From IMG/VR virus record IMGVR_UViG_3300013005_004768: DNA of 20,000 nucleotides; one strand, given 5' to 3'. Positions within the stretch are counted from its first letter, which is position 1. Every line of letters starts with the position of its first letter. Below are positions 1 to 7,920 of this stretch, piece after piece. Under the pieces are notes generated by a model that was not told where the DNA came from, did no database searches, and saw nothing but the letters and a program-made list of their open reading frames with translations. The translations under genes and the position numbers were made by a program. Source of the stretch: an uncultured virus (IMG/VR IMGVR_UViG_3300013005_004768). Its lineage: Duplodnaviria; Heunggongvirae; Uroviricota; Caudoviricetes.

Positions 1-956
1 GGAGTAGGAGTGCAACAACTGCAATTATCAAAATTGCCAACAAAACTCCAAATAGGAGGAGCGTTACATTGACAGGCTTCTTTTATTCCAGTAATTATTA
101 GACCAGTAACACAGGATATGGTTAATGAAGAAGTCCATTTATTTATACATGAACCTGATCCTGTGTATCTAGCATTTGGATCACATGTTATCGTAGAACT
201 AAAAGTATCTCCACATGATAAACTTCCACTAGCTTGCCATGTATTTGCTGCTGTTTTTGTATAGGCTACTGGAATGACTAAATTGCCACAAGAAGCATCA
301 AACTGTAAGAATGTATTACCGTCCCACTCACAACATGTAACAGTAGATGGGCTTGGAGTATTTGTCGGAGTAGCAGTAATTGTGATAGAAGGAGTAATAG
401 AGGGTGTTACTGTAGCAGTAGCAGATCTTGTGATAGTAACTGTTGGGGTTTGGCTTACTGTAATACTTGGTGTTTGCGTTGGTGTTTGCGTAGGTGTTGG
501 TGTCTGTGTATTGGTCTGAGTAATACTAGGAGTTAGTGTAGGGGTCGATGTAGCTGTTCGACTATTAGTGGGGGTTGCAGTTGGTGTTCTTGTATTAGTA
601 GGGGTGTTTGTTCTAGTTGTTGTTATGCTTGGAGTTACGGTAGGGGTTACTGTTCTTGTTAGTGTTCTAGTTGGTGTTCTTGTTGGGGTAACTGTTCTAG
701 TTACAGTAATGCTTGGAGTTATTGTAGGGGTAAGTGTTGGTGTCGGTGTTGGCGTTTTTTTAGGGGTTCTAGTTGGTGTTGGAGTTTTAGTAGGTGTCTT
801 AGTAGGCGTTTTACTAAGGGAATTTCTATCTATAAAAGGACACCCATCATCCGACCCTATCCTTGGAGGTTTTGGAGTTTCTGTTGGTGTTCTGGTTGGT
901 GTTGGAGATGGCGGAAGTATTTTCCGCTCATTTTGTCCGTTCATTCTGTTTGTCAT
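1..956 (-). CDS. Thr/Pro-repeat (mucin-like) protein with a Cys-rich domain; runs off the window edge
   Basis: Manual translation from ATG at 956 (3 nt after the actin-like gene stop) is open to position 3: [28 protein letters not shown]...(TPT/TPS/TRT repeats)...[21 protein letters not shown]...[26 protein letters not shown]. Absent from the ORF track because there is no stop in the window. Confidence 0.85.
   Translation of the reverse strand, partial: MTNRMNGQNERKILPPSPTPTRTPTETPKPPRIGSDDGCPFIDRNSLSKTPTKTPTKTPTPTRTPKKTPTPTPTLTPTITPSITVTRTVTPTRTPTRTLTRTVTPTVTPSITTTRTNTPTNTRTPTATPTNSRTATSTPTLTPSITQTNTQTPTPTQTPTQTPSITVSQTPTVTITRSATATVTPSITPSITITATPTNTPSPSTVTCCEWDGNTFLQFDASCGNLVIPVAYTKTAANTWQASGSLSCGDTFSSTITCDPNARYTGSGSCINKWTSSLTISCVTGLIITGIKEACQCNAPPIWSFVGNFDNCSCCTPT
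336..914 (-). repeat. Low-complexity coding repeat (TPT/TPS/TRT units)
   Basis: The + strand shows recurrent gttggtgt/ggagt/ggggt units that encode Thr-Pro-Thr tracts on the minus strand. Confidence 0.85.
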
Positions 957-959
957 TTA

Positions 960-1961
960 TTACAATACTTTCGCAGCTATTAAACATCCTTTTGACACTG
1001 AATGTAACGGATCGGCGGCATGCTTAACTTCTTTAATAGACAAAGGAAAATTATTTTCTGATAGTTTTTTCTTAAAATGTTCAATATAACCACCAGCTTG
1101 TGATGTTCCACCAGCAATGACTATTGTTAGTGGGTCTTTAAACTTTGGTAAAGCTTTATGATCTGTTAGTGCTGCTGTTAATTGTTTAGTAGTATAATCT
1201 ATTAAACGATCATAATATGACGATACAGCTGCTAATATAGGATTATCATTATGCTGACCAACATTAAAATTTCCACCCTCTTTCTCAGCCTGTACGACAC
1301 TATCCGGTTCCCCTGTGGCTACGGCGCTCATTCTATCTACCCAATCCCCAGATTTAGTTGTGGAAAATACAACAGTGGGTTCACCATTTAGCATTACACA
1401 AACATTAGTCATACCAGCACCACAGCTAATAGCTATACCAGTATAATCATTATCCGCTAACTCAGCATAGCATAAAGCTTCAGCTTCATTAATTGATCTA
1501 GCGTTATATCCACAGCTATCTAAAATAGTTTTGACTACATCTTCATGATATCCAACATCAAAATCTTCATCTTCTTGGTCTACTGGTTGAGCAGGAACAC
1601 AAAAAACGATCTTTTCAAGGGGCTCCGAAGATTGCCCGACTACTTCCTTTAATATAAAAGCTAAGACTCTTTTCGCATCTTTCTCTTTTGCAGAAACAAC
1701 TCCTTTGTACATTGGTCTTTTAGCGGTGTCGTTTCTCTCAATAGCTTTTTCAATAGCATCTTGTCCGAGGATAATAAAAGAACCGTCTGTATCTTTAATA
1801 AAGACTTTTCCAGCCAATCCCTTTTCTATCATCTTTGTTGCTACTGGAGTAGATGGCTTGATGATATAAAAGGCATCTCTAAAGTCTTTGTATTGTACTT
1901 TATCTCCTTTGTCCTCAGATAAAACAATATAGCTTGTTCCTACGTCAAGACCCCTAGCCAT
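960..1961 (-). CDS. Actin-fold ATPase (MreB/FtsA/ParM-like superfamily)
   Basis: Phosphate-1 GLDVGTS, connect-1 INEAEA, phosphate-2-like SCGAGMTN, adenosine IAGGTS, connect-2 ADPLHSVSKG; 333 aa. Confidence 0.85.
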   Translation of the reverse strand: MARGLDVGTSYIVLSEDKGDKVQYKDFRDAFYIIKPSTPVATKMIEKGLAGKVFIKDTDGSFIILGQDAIEKAIERNDTAKRPMYKGVVSAKEKDAKRVLAFILKEVVGQSSEPLEKIVFCVPAQPVDQEDEDFDVGYHEDVVKTILDSCGYNARSINEAEALCYAELADNDYTGIAISCGAGMTNVCVMLNGEPTVVFSTTKSGDWVDRMSAVATGEPDSVVQAEKEGGNFNVGQHNDNPILAAVSSYYDRLIDYTTKQLTAALTDHKALPKFKDPLTIVIAGGTSQAGGYIEHFKKKLSENNFPLSIKEVKHAADPLHSVSKGCLIAAKVL

Positions 1962-1964
1962 AAT

Positions 1965-2276
1965 TCACCTCTTTAAATTTTGTAGTTTATTAACAGACTC
2001 GGAAATATTCTCGTTTGACAATCTTGTATTTCCTAATTCGTTATATTTTTTCTCCATCCCATCAACACTTATATCTGTAACAAATTTTCTGTCATCTATA
2101 ATAATCTTATTTTGACTTTTTTCATTATTATTATATTGTTTGTTTCTTTTTGATATTGGTTTTTCAATCATTGTATAACTACTATTGTTTAATCTTCCTA
2201 TAATATAACCAATTCCAAAAGAGACAAAATTAAAAAGTACCAATATTATACTTAACAGAGATGCAGTATCTATCAT
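1965..2276 (-). CDS. Hypothetical protein with an N-terminal transmembrane helix
   Basis: Hydrophobic stretch LLSIILVLFNFVSFGIGYIIG followed by a charged domain; AAGGAGG RBS upstream; stop is 3 nt before the actin-like start. Confidence 0.8.
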   Translation of the reverse strand: MIDTASLLSIILVLFNFVSFGIGYIIGRLNNSSYTMIEKPISKRNKQYNNNEKSQNKIIIDDRKFVTDISVDGMEKKYNELGNTRLSNENISESVNKLQNLKR

Positions 2277-2299
2277 GTGGATAGCCTCCTTACCAAATT

Positions 2300-2305
2300 T
2301 ACACC
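2300..2305 (-). promoter_or_regulatory. GGTGTA motif, putative phage-specific promoter
   Basis: Lies between the terminator and the AAGGAGG RBS; the same hexamer is intergenic at 6921, 15653, 17431 and 19053. Confidence 0.55.
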
Positions 2306-2312
2306 ATACTAT

Positions 2313-2343
2313 AAAAGAAAAAAGGAGCGATTGCTCGCTCCTT
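2313..2343 (-). terminator. Rho-independent terminator downstream of ruvB
   Basis: Minus strand AAGGAGCGA-GCAA-TCGCTCCTT: 9-bp stem with a GNRA loop, followed by a T-rich run. Confidence 0.85.
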
Positions 2344-2381
2344 AATTTTAAAAATGGGGTTGTAATCGGCCCGTAGTTTTC

Positions 2382-3272
2382 CTATATCGTACCCATGACT
2401 CTGCCCTTTTGGGTACGAACAACATAACCCTTACGAACCAAAAACGGCTCAATACTATTCTCGATAGTATCTAAAGCTATTCCAGTCATTGCTGATATAG
2501 ACTTAAGACCCAAAGGATTACCCTTGCTTCGTCTCAAAGCATCAATATAAAGCCTATCATACAGATCCAAACCCTTACTATCTATACCCTGAGTAGAAAA
2601 AATGGTATCAATTGTACATGGATCGGTATGGCATATCTTGTAGTTTTTATACCATAATAGTCTAGCATTAAGAATTCTCGGAGTACCCTTGCTTCTTTTT
2701 GCTATCTCAACCAAATCTTCATCAGAGATTTCTAGATCTAATTTAGCAGAGTTCAATCTTGCTACTTTAGCTAGATCATCATCCGTATAGAAAGAAAGAT
2801 GTTCTTTGATTGTAAACCTGTCATAAAATGGCTGACTTAAACTTCCCCCACTAGTAGTCGCTCCGATAAGAGTAAACATTGGAAGATCAATAGTTTCTGG
2901 AGCATCTTCTGATGATATACTAAGTACAAAATCTTCCATGATAGGATACAAAAACTCCTCTACTGTTTTGGGCAACCTGTGTATTTCGTCAATAAACAAC
3001 ACAGACCTAGCAGAGATTCCCATAATATATGGCAAAAGATTTTTTATGCTACGAATATTAGCAGCATTGAGAGTATAAAGACTGACCCCCATTTCGTTTG
3101 CTATAGCACTCGCTATGGTAGTCTTGCCAAGCCCAGGAGGGCCGTCTATTAAAACATGAGGCAGCACACTGCTAGACATTTTACAGCCCATAGCAGAGAT
3201 GCGTAGACGCTCAATAACGTCGCCCTGACCAATGATTTCATCAAAACTCTTCGGCCTTGTAACATTTGCCAT
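2382..3272 (-). CDS. ruvB: Holliday junction branch-migration AAA+ ATPase RuvB
   Basis: RPKSFDEIIGQ N-terminus, Walker A GPPGLGKTT, Walker B LFIDEIHRL, sensor-1 LIGATT, Arg finger DRF, sensor-2 GTPRI, winged-helix EPFLVRKGYVVRTQKGR. Confidence 0.95.
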   Translation of the reverse strand: MANVTRPKSFDEIIGQGDVIERLRISAMGCKMSSSVLPHVLIDGPPGLGKTTIASAIANEMGVSLYTLNAANIRSIKNLLPYIMGISARSVLFIDEIHRLPKTVEEFLYPIMEDFVLSISSEDAPETIDLPMFTLIGATTSGGSLSQPFYDRFTIKEHLSFYTDDDLAKVARLNSAKLDLEISDEDLVEIAKRSKGTPRILNARLLWYKNYKICHTDPCTIDTIFSTQGIDSKGLDLYDRLYIDALRRSKGNPLGLKSISAMTGIALDTIENSIEPFLVRKGYVVRTQKGRVMGTI

Positions 3273-3275
3273 AAT

Positions 3276-3692
3276 TCACATTCCTCCAAAAATTTTCAGA
3301 GCATCCTTCACTAACAATAAAGGATTATTCTGATTAGTAAGATCGTATACTTTATTTACCAAATCTACAGCTTCTTTGTTAGAAAAACCATAGTTTTCCA
3401 AAATTTTATATGCTTTTTTAAGATACTCAGGCTCCTCTTTCGTAACTATTTCAGATGACTTATTAGATTCTGTTCTAGGTTTTGTGGTCTTTTTTGAGAA
3501 TTGTGTTTTTATATTTGCTATCTGGCGTATCTTATAAACATTCCCGCAATCACATACAAGTTTAAAACCCTTCACTTGAACTTGATTCAAAAATAGCCAA
3601 TGTTCTGATTCGCACTCTGTATTTGTGCATTTATATTTAAACTGAGCATCTAGACTAATCGGTTTCAGGCTTTTGGTTTGATTTTGTATCAT
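3276..3692 (-). CDS. Zn-ribbon protein with a C-terminal RuvA domain III-like module
   Basis: N-terminal CTNTEC...CDCG (4 Cys), a Lys/Ser/Thr-rich linker, then KAYKILENYGFSNKEAVDLVNKV...NPLLLVKDALK, matching the RuvA C-terminal pattern (A..L..LG[YF]...EA...V...LI+.AL+). Stop is 3 nt before ruvB. Confidence 0.7.
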   Translation of the reverse strand: MIQNQTKSLKPISLDAQFKYKCTNTECESEHWLFLNQVQVKGFKLVCDCGNVYKIRQIANIKTQFSKKTTKPRTESNKSSEIVTKEEPEYLKKAYKILENYGFSNKEAVDLVNKVYDLTNQNNPLLLVKDALKIFGGM

Positions 3693-4134
3693 CTTCTTCT
3701 TTCACCCAAAAAATAAAATCGTTTTGATCACTATCGTACGCACTATCAAGAATTCCTTTATTAACCAAGGAATTTAATATATTACTAATCATTCTATTAT
3801 TCAGATCTTCTATAATAGTTTGAAGAAGTTTATCAGTTAAACAATATCTTACTTCTTTTGTTTTTTTATTTATCTGTTTCTTTGCGTGGTTTTTAATTAT
3901 AATAGCAGATTCATCATGGGTTAGTGTCTCATTCATCTCCTCTATTTCTTGTTTGCTCATTTCAGATATGGATGCCACCATAGAATCGTGTTCTACTTCT
4001 TTTATAGCTCCAAAAAATTTAAAAACTAATGATCTTGAATGGTCAACAAAGTCATCAAAATCATTTATAAAAAACCATTGTTCATTTTTCATTGAACTAG
4101 GGTTACTCCTTCGTACTTTGGAATCTCTGTCCAC
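3655..4134 (-). CDS. Hypothetical protein (start may be the internal Met of MKNEQW)
   Basis: ORF overlaps both neighbours in operon fashion; the C-terminal LNSLVNKGILDSAYD resembles a winged-helix end (weak). Confidence 0.7.
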   Translation of the reverse strand: MDRDSKVRRSNPSSMKNEQWFFINDFDDFVDHSRSLVFKFFGAIKEVEHDSMVASISEMSKQEIEEMNETLTHDESAIIIKNHAKKQINKKTKEVRYCLTDKLLQTIIEDLNNRMISNILNSLVNKGILDSAYDSDQNDFIFWVKEEDDTKSNQKPETD

Positions 4135-4328
4135 ATCAGTTTAGCAGAGAACTCTGGTTTGTACACTGTGACCACCCTATCTGTTTTTTTATCTTTTTCC
4201 ACAATTGCTTCTACTATTACTCTATCTTCATTAAGTCTTTTTTCTATCTCTCTAATAGAGTCAGACATACTATCGAATGTTTTATTGTATTCTGGTCTAT
4301 TAAATAGTGTTTTAAAATATGTGGTCAT
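4089..4328 (-). CDS. Hypothetical protein
   Basis: 79-aa ORF tightly packed in the minus-strand gene run. Confidence 0.65.
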   Translation of the reverse strand: MTTYFKTLFNRPEYNKTFDSMSDSIREIEKRLNEDRVIVEAIVEKDKKTDRVVTVYKPEFSAKLMWTEIPKYEGVTLVQ

Positions 4329-4330
4329 AA

Positions 4331-4582
4331 TTATTTATCTTTGAGTTCTGTTTGACAGTTATTGTGTTTGTCTACAAATGTTCTTTCAAATCCCAATTCT
4401 GCTAGTATGGGCATTTCGTAAAAGGTAATAGTAAATCTTACATTACCGGCATCATCTGTCATTTTTGTCCACTCAATTCTTTTTGCTTGGCTCATGTTGG
4501 TTGCAAGATCGTATGCTATTAACGGAGTTTCTGTCAAAGAACCAAAAGCCATCGCTAAATATAAAAATAATGCTGGTAACAT
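4331..4582 (-). CDS. Hypothetical protein with a hydrophobic N-terminus (signal peptide/anchor)
   Basis: MLPALFLYLAMAFGSL N-terminus; packed in the operon. Confidence 0.65.
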   Translation of the reverse strand: MLPALFLYLAMAFGSLTETPLIAYDLATNMSQAKRIEWTKMTDDAGNVRFTITFYEMPILAELGFERTFVDKHNNCQTELKDK

Positions 4583-4596
4583 AACATCCGTGTCTT

Positions 4597-5007
4597 TCAG
4601 TTTAAAATATCAAACATACCATCATAATAATTCGGCTGTTGTAAAAAGTGAACAGCGTTTGCTATTAAATGATTTCTATACTCAGTATCTAATTTGTTGT
4701 GAATAAAATATTTTGTTTTGTAAATTGGTTCTTTGTAATGATTGTTCCCCAAATACAGGGAGTTTTTGAAGTTCCCTGATTTGGAGAAGTAATCATTCAC
4801 AGGTAACGAACCTTTAGGAAAGCTCGGGCCAATATACCATACGTTTGAAGGATGTTCAACTATTTCATTTAGAGTATCATATAACATTTTTCCCCAAGCA
4901 TCCCAAGCGTCGGGGTCAAACTTGAAATACTTTTTATAATGACTCTCTAAATTGTCCTGACTATCACCATAGTCATCGTAGTCATCATCTTCATAATCTT
5001 CGTGCAT
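4597..5007 (-). CDS. Hypothetical protein with an acidic N-terminus
   Basis: 136-aa ORF starting 3 nt after the primase stop. Confidence 0.7.
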   Translation of the reverse strand: MHEDYEDDDYDDYGDSQDNLESHYKKYFKFDPDAWDAWGKMLYDTLNEIVEHPSNVWYIGPSFPKGSLPVNDYFSKSGNFKNSLYLGNNHYKEPIYKTKYFIHNKLDTEYRNHLIANAVHFLQQPNYYDGMFDILN

Positions 5008-5010
5008 ATT

Positions 5011-6168
5011 TCACCCGATACAAAATTTATCACTAATCTTAGACGCTAGTTCTTTAGCAGCATTAGAAAGAAACCTGTTGTTGCTAAAGTAGAGGGGTGT
5101 TGAGACTTGATTAAGGAACTCCACGACCGTTTTTAAAAGCTTGGTCTGGGAACCGTCAAGATCTAAATCTTCGCCCCCAGCGTCAACAGGAAGCGGCTCA
5201 ATAGCATCTGTATCGTCCTCAGTAACAGGAGATACTGGAGTAGGATCACCATAAGCCTTGTTGAACATACCATGACCAGAATAGACATACTTTGTCTTGA
5301 TATCTTCTGTGCTGTTGGTATATGTGTTAAGGTTTAAAGACTTCATCTGATTTGCAATAGTTGTAGCAACATTAATTGCAACTGGAACTCCAGTGATGTC
5401 AGACTTTTTATAAGCCTTGGCATATTCTTTAAACCATTCGTCGCTAGTCTTATTAGCAACAATATTAACAACAGCAGAAACTCCATCAAGAGCCTCTTTA
5501 AGTTGTTCAATATTTATCGGATTACCAGTTGATCCAGACAAAATACTGGTAAAATAAGGTTGCTTTCCTTCCCAACCCTTCCTCCACCAAGTATAAGGGA
5601 TTCTGTAAATCTGATTGATTTTGATAGCTCGGGCATCACCACCAAAATGATTTACCAGTTTCTTTTGAATACCATTCCAATAAGTCTTATGAGGACTATT
5701 AGTATTTGGGTTTAGAATCCAATAGCACTGATAACCATTACGAGTATCAACAACCCAGCTTGGCTTTACTGGAAAGTTATTGATATAATTCAAGAATCCC
5801 CTTTTCTTCTGCATTACGACACTGGGCTTAAAATAGTTACCGTTATCATCTCGTCCAGCATCCATATCAACAAAACAAGCACGAATTCTACTAATAGCAT
5901 ATTGTTTACGTCCACCATTAACGTAGAAATAAGCATCAGCACCTTGGTTATCATTTGCAATAGCAACGGTGGTGAGATGATCTGTATGATTCATGCTACT
6001 GATCTTCTTGCGAGGATCACCATTGTAACAGAAAATCTGCTGACCACCAAAAGACTCAAAAAACTTATTCCTCAAAGTAATCTGATCTCTTGTTCCAATA
6101 GCACTATGAGTCTTATCAAACGGATTAAAAGCCAAAGTATCGCTAAACATTTGTTTTCCTTTTTCCAC
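5011..6168 (-). CDS. RepB-type DNA primase (archaeo-eukaryotic primase superfamily)
   Basis: AYFYVNGG, RACFVDMD (DxD), PSWVVDTRNGYQCYW, FGGD and QIYRIP are characteristic of the RepB primase domain. The start could be ATG at 6150. Confidence 0.8.
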   Translation of the reverse strand: MEKGKQMFSDTLAFNPFDKTHSAIGTRDQITLRNKFFESFGGQQIFCYNGDPRKKISSMNHTDHLTTVAIANDNQGADAYFYVNGGRKQYAISRIRACFVDMDAGRDDNGNYFKPSVVMQKKRGFLNYINNFPVKPSWVVDTRNGYQCYWILNPNTNSPHKTYWNGIQKKLVNHFGGDARAIKINQIYRIPYTWWRKGWEGKQPYFTSILSGSTGNPINIEQLKEALDGVSAVVNIVANKTSDEWFKEYAKAYKKSDITGVPVAINVATTIANQMKSLNLNTYTNSTEDIKTKYVYSGHGMFNKAYGDPTPVSPVTEDDTDAIEPLPVDAGGEDLDLDGSQTKLLKTVVEFLNQVSTPLYFSNNRFLSNAAKELASKISDKFCIG

Positions 6169-6228
6169 TTCCTACCTACATTTTTGATATTGGGATAGTA
6201 AACACTACCATCAAAAGCAATATCGTAA

Positions 6229-6309
6229 AAGATGGTAACGGAATCGAACCGTTATTGTAGGATAGTAAAAACTATATAGGTACTATCTTACAAGTTCCAA
6301 ACACCACCT
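6229..6309 (-). ncRNA. tRNA-like structured element (non-canonical)
   Basis: Acceptor-like stem AGGTGGT/ACCATCT, canonical T arm AACGG-TTCGATT-CCGTT, reduced D region GTTTGGAAC, and a 12-bp stem TTGTAAGATAGTA/TACTATCCTACAA in place of the anticodon arm. Confidence 0.6.
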
Positions 6310-6312
6310 TGA

Positions 6313-6888
6313 CTATTTACTAACTCCATATTTATTCTTGAGACTTTCCATTGTTCTATTAATTTTCACTTCGCTTTTTTTGGTAAATTTATCACTATCA
6401 GATAGTTCATAATGCAACTCTCTATGACATCTATTACAAAGCAGTTTACACTTTTTTATTTCTTGTAACAGTTTTTCAAAATTTGTATTAATTTCTCCTA
6501 TCGCATACTCTTTGATCGCAGGATCTAAATGATGAAAATCTAATGCCGATTGACACTTATTGTATCCACATTTTTCACATCTGTTGCCCAGTTGTTCTAT
6601 TAGAATTTTTTTCTTTGCTATTTTAATGATTTTGTTAGCGCATTTACTACAAGTTTTCATTGAGCTTTTTTTATCACAAATTTCACAGTTGGTTATACCT
6701 AATGCTTTTCTGTTTGTTTTATCGTGTGGTCTTAAGTTTTTAGTTAAGTACCCTAGTCGTTTTTTAGCCTCATGAATAGATGATTTAGAACATCCATATA
6801 ATTCGGCTAACTCATACGAGGTTTTACCTTCAAGTATATGCTGCTTGAATCTTTTCTTATCCTTGATAATTTCTTTAATAGTCATCAT
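6313..6888 (-). CDS. HNH endonuclease with N-terminal HTH and Zn-binding motifs (homing-endonuclease-like)
   Basis: HTH GKTSYELAELYGCSKSSIHEAKKRLG; CEIC...CSKC; CEKCGY...ALDFHHLDP...LLCNRCHRELH. Start placed at ATG 6888 because the upstream 57 nt form a hairpin. Confidence 0.85.
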   Translation of the reverse strand: MMTIKEIIKDKKRFKQHILEGKTSYELAELYGCSKSSIHEAKKRLGYLTKNLRPHDKTNRKALGITNCEICDKKSSMKTCSKCANKIIKIAKKKILIEQLGNRCEKCGYNKCQSALDFHHLDPAIKEYAIGEINTNFEKLLQEIKKCKLLCNRCHRELHYELSDSDKFTKKSEVKINRTMESLKNKYGVSK

Positions 6889-6891
6889 AAA

Positions 6892-6942
6892 CCCCCGGAG
6901 AATGAAAGTATACCTTTTAATACACCTTTCAAACTCCGAGGG
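6892..6942 (-). promoter_or_regulatory. RBS-occluding hairpin containing the GGTGTA motif
   Basis: Minus strand CCCTCGGAG-TT-TGAAAGGTGTATT-AAAA-GGTATACTTTCA-TT-CTCCGGGGG, ending 3 nt before ATG 6888. Confidence 0.65.
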
Positions 6943-6955
6943 CATGATTTATTTT

Positions 6956-7825
6956 TTAGAAATTATCCTCATCCTCTTCATCGTCAAAATCGTCCTCATA
7001 ATCATCTTCGTCAGAATCGTCAAATTGAGACCAATAATCTTCATCGGTCAAGTGATCATCATTATCTTCGTCATCATTATCATCATAGCTAAAATTTTCC
7101 GAATACAGAGGCTTAAGTAATTCTCCTGCATATTCAGCAACAACTTCATATCGACAAGTACGAAGTTTTTCATAATTGCAATCACTTGGGACACTGACTA
7201 CATCTTTCGGGTTAATCTTGACGATCACAATTCGATCTCCATTCTCAAGACTACCATACCCAGCAACATAGTTTAAAGCCCCGGCATGAAGTCCATTTGA
7301 ACAACCCCTACCTCTATCGTCATCAACTTTAGATCGTGTCATTTCGCAAACCTTACCAACACTATTGTCGAAAACACCACGATACTTATCCTTAAAATCT
7401 GAACGAACAGCTTTATAGGCCAAAAAATATCCATCGGAAGTTACAGCCAAATTCTCATGTTCCAAGAAATCATACAGTTCCTTCTGACTCTGCATACTTG
7501 GATTTTCCATGAGATTATTCAGGAAATTAACAAGGGGCTGAAACGGCAATCCCTTGCTCATAAACTCCAGAATACGCTTACTAATACTACCATGAACTTC
7601 CTCACCCTCGTAGAGAACCTGACCGTTCTTGATCTCCACAAGACCATCGCTAAAAGTAGCAACAGCCTTTTGAACATCAACAACTTCCAAGAGTTCCTCT
7701 GCCGTAGCAGTAGGAAGTCTTTCCAGAATCAACTTATAGTTGATATGATCCGGCAACACCTGATAACTCTGGTTGTTAAGAACCAGCGTCAAATTACCAT
7801 CCACAAACATAAACGGAACAGCCAT
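6956..7825 (-). CDS. rIIB: rIIB-like protein
   Basis: FLNNLMENPS...ELYDFL...DGYFLAYKAV...CSNGLH...VKINPKDVVSVPSD...KLRTCRYEVV is typical of rIIB; it follows rIIA and has an acidic tail. Confidence 0.9.
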   Translation of the reverse strand: MAVPFMFVDGNLTLVLNNQSYQVLPDHINYKLILERLPTATAEELLEVVDVQKAVATFSDGLVEIKNGQVLYEGEEVHGSISKRILEFMSKGLPFQPLVNFLNNLMENPSMQSQKELYDFLEHENLAVTSDGYFLAYKAVRSDFKDKYRGVFDNSVGKVCEMTRSKVDDDRGRGCSNGLHAGALNYVAGYGSLENGDRIVIVKINPKDVVSVPSDCNYEKLRTCRYEVVAEYAGELLKPLYSENFSYDDNDDEDNDDHLTDEDYWSQFDDSDEDDYEDDFDDEEDEDNF

Positions 7826-7871
7826 AATCCAAACTCCTAATACTTTTAGTTACGATACCTGTGATACTGTC

Positions 7872-7899
7872 ATTTTACACTAATCGGCAAGCTTGTCAA
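7872..7899 (-). promoter_or_regulatory. Sigma70-like promoter for rIIB
   Basis: TTGACA-16 nt (contains TTGCCGAT)-TAAAAT in the rIIA-rIIB gap. Confidence 0.7.
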
Positions 7900-7920
7900 G
7901 GGGTCTTGAGAAATTCCTGA

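Noticed and set aside
336..914. Repeats as a CRISPR or other non-coding array
   Set aside because: Units are degenerate at third codon positions and in frame; there is no constant repeat with unique spacers, and I saw no CRISPR array elsewhere in the window.
274..1089. + strand Val/Gly-rich ORFs 274..519 and 568..1089 that look like membrane proteins
   Set aside because: They are antisense shadows of the Thr/Pro repeat gene (ACN/CCN codons read as GT/GG-rich codons on the other strand).
6889..6945. N-terminal extension of the HNH ORF to 6945
   Set aside because: The region forms a regulatory hairpin, and ATG 6888/6885 directly precedes the HTH-containing domain.
6229..6945. HNH gene as an ORF inside a self-splicing intron or as an IscB/HEARO element
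   Set aside because: No group I/II core elements flank it, no split host gene is evident, and no RuvC or PLMP motifs are visible.
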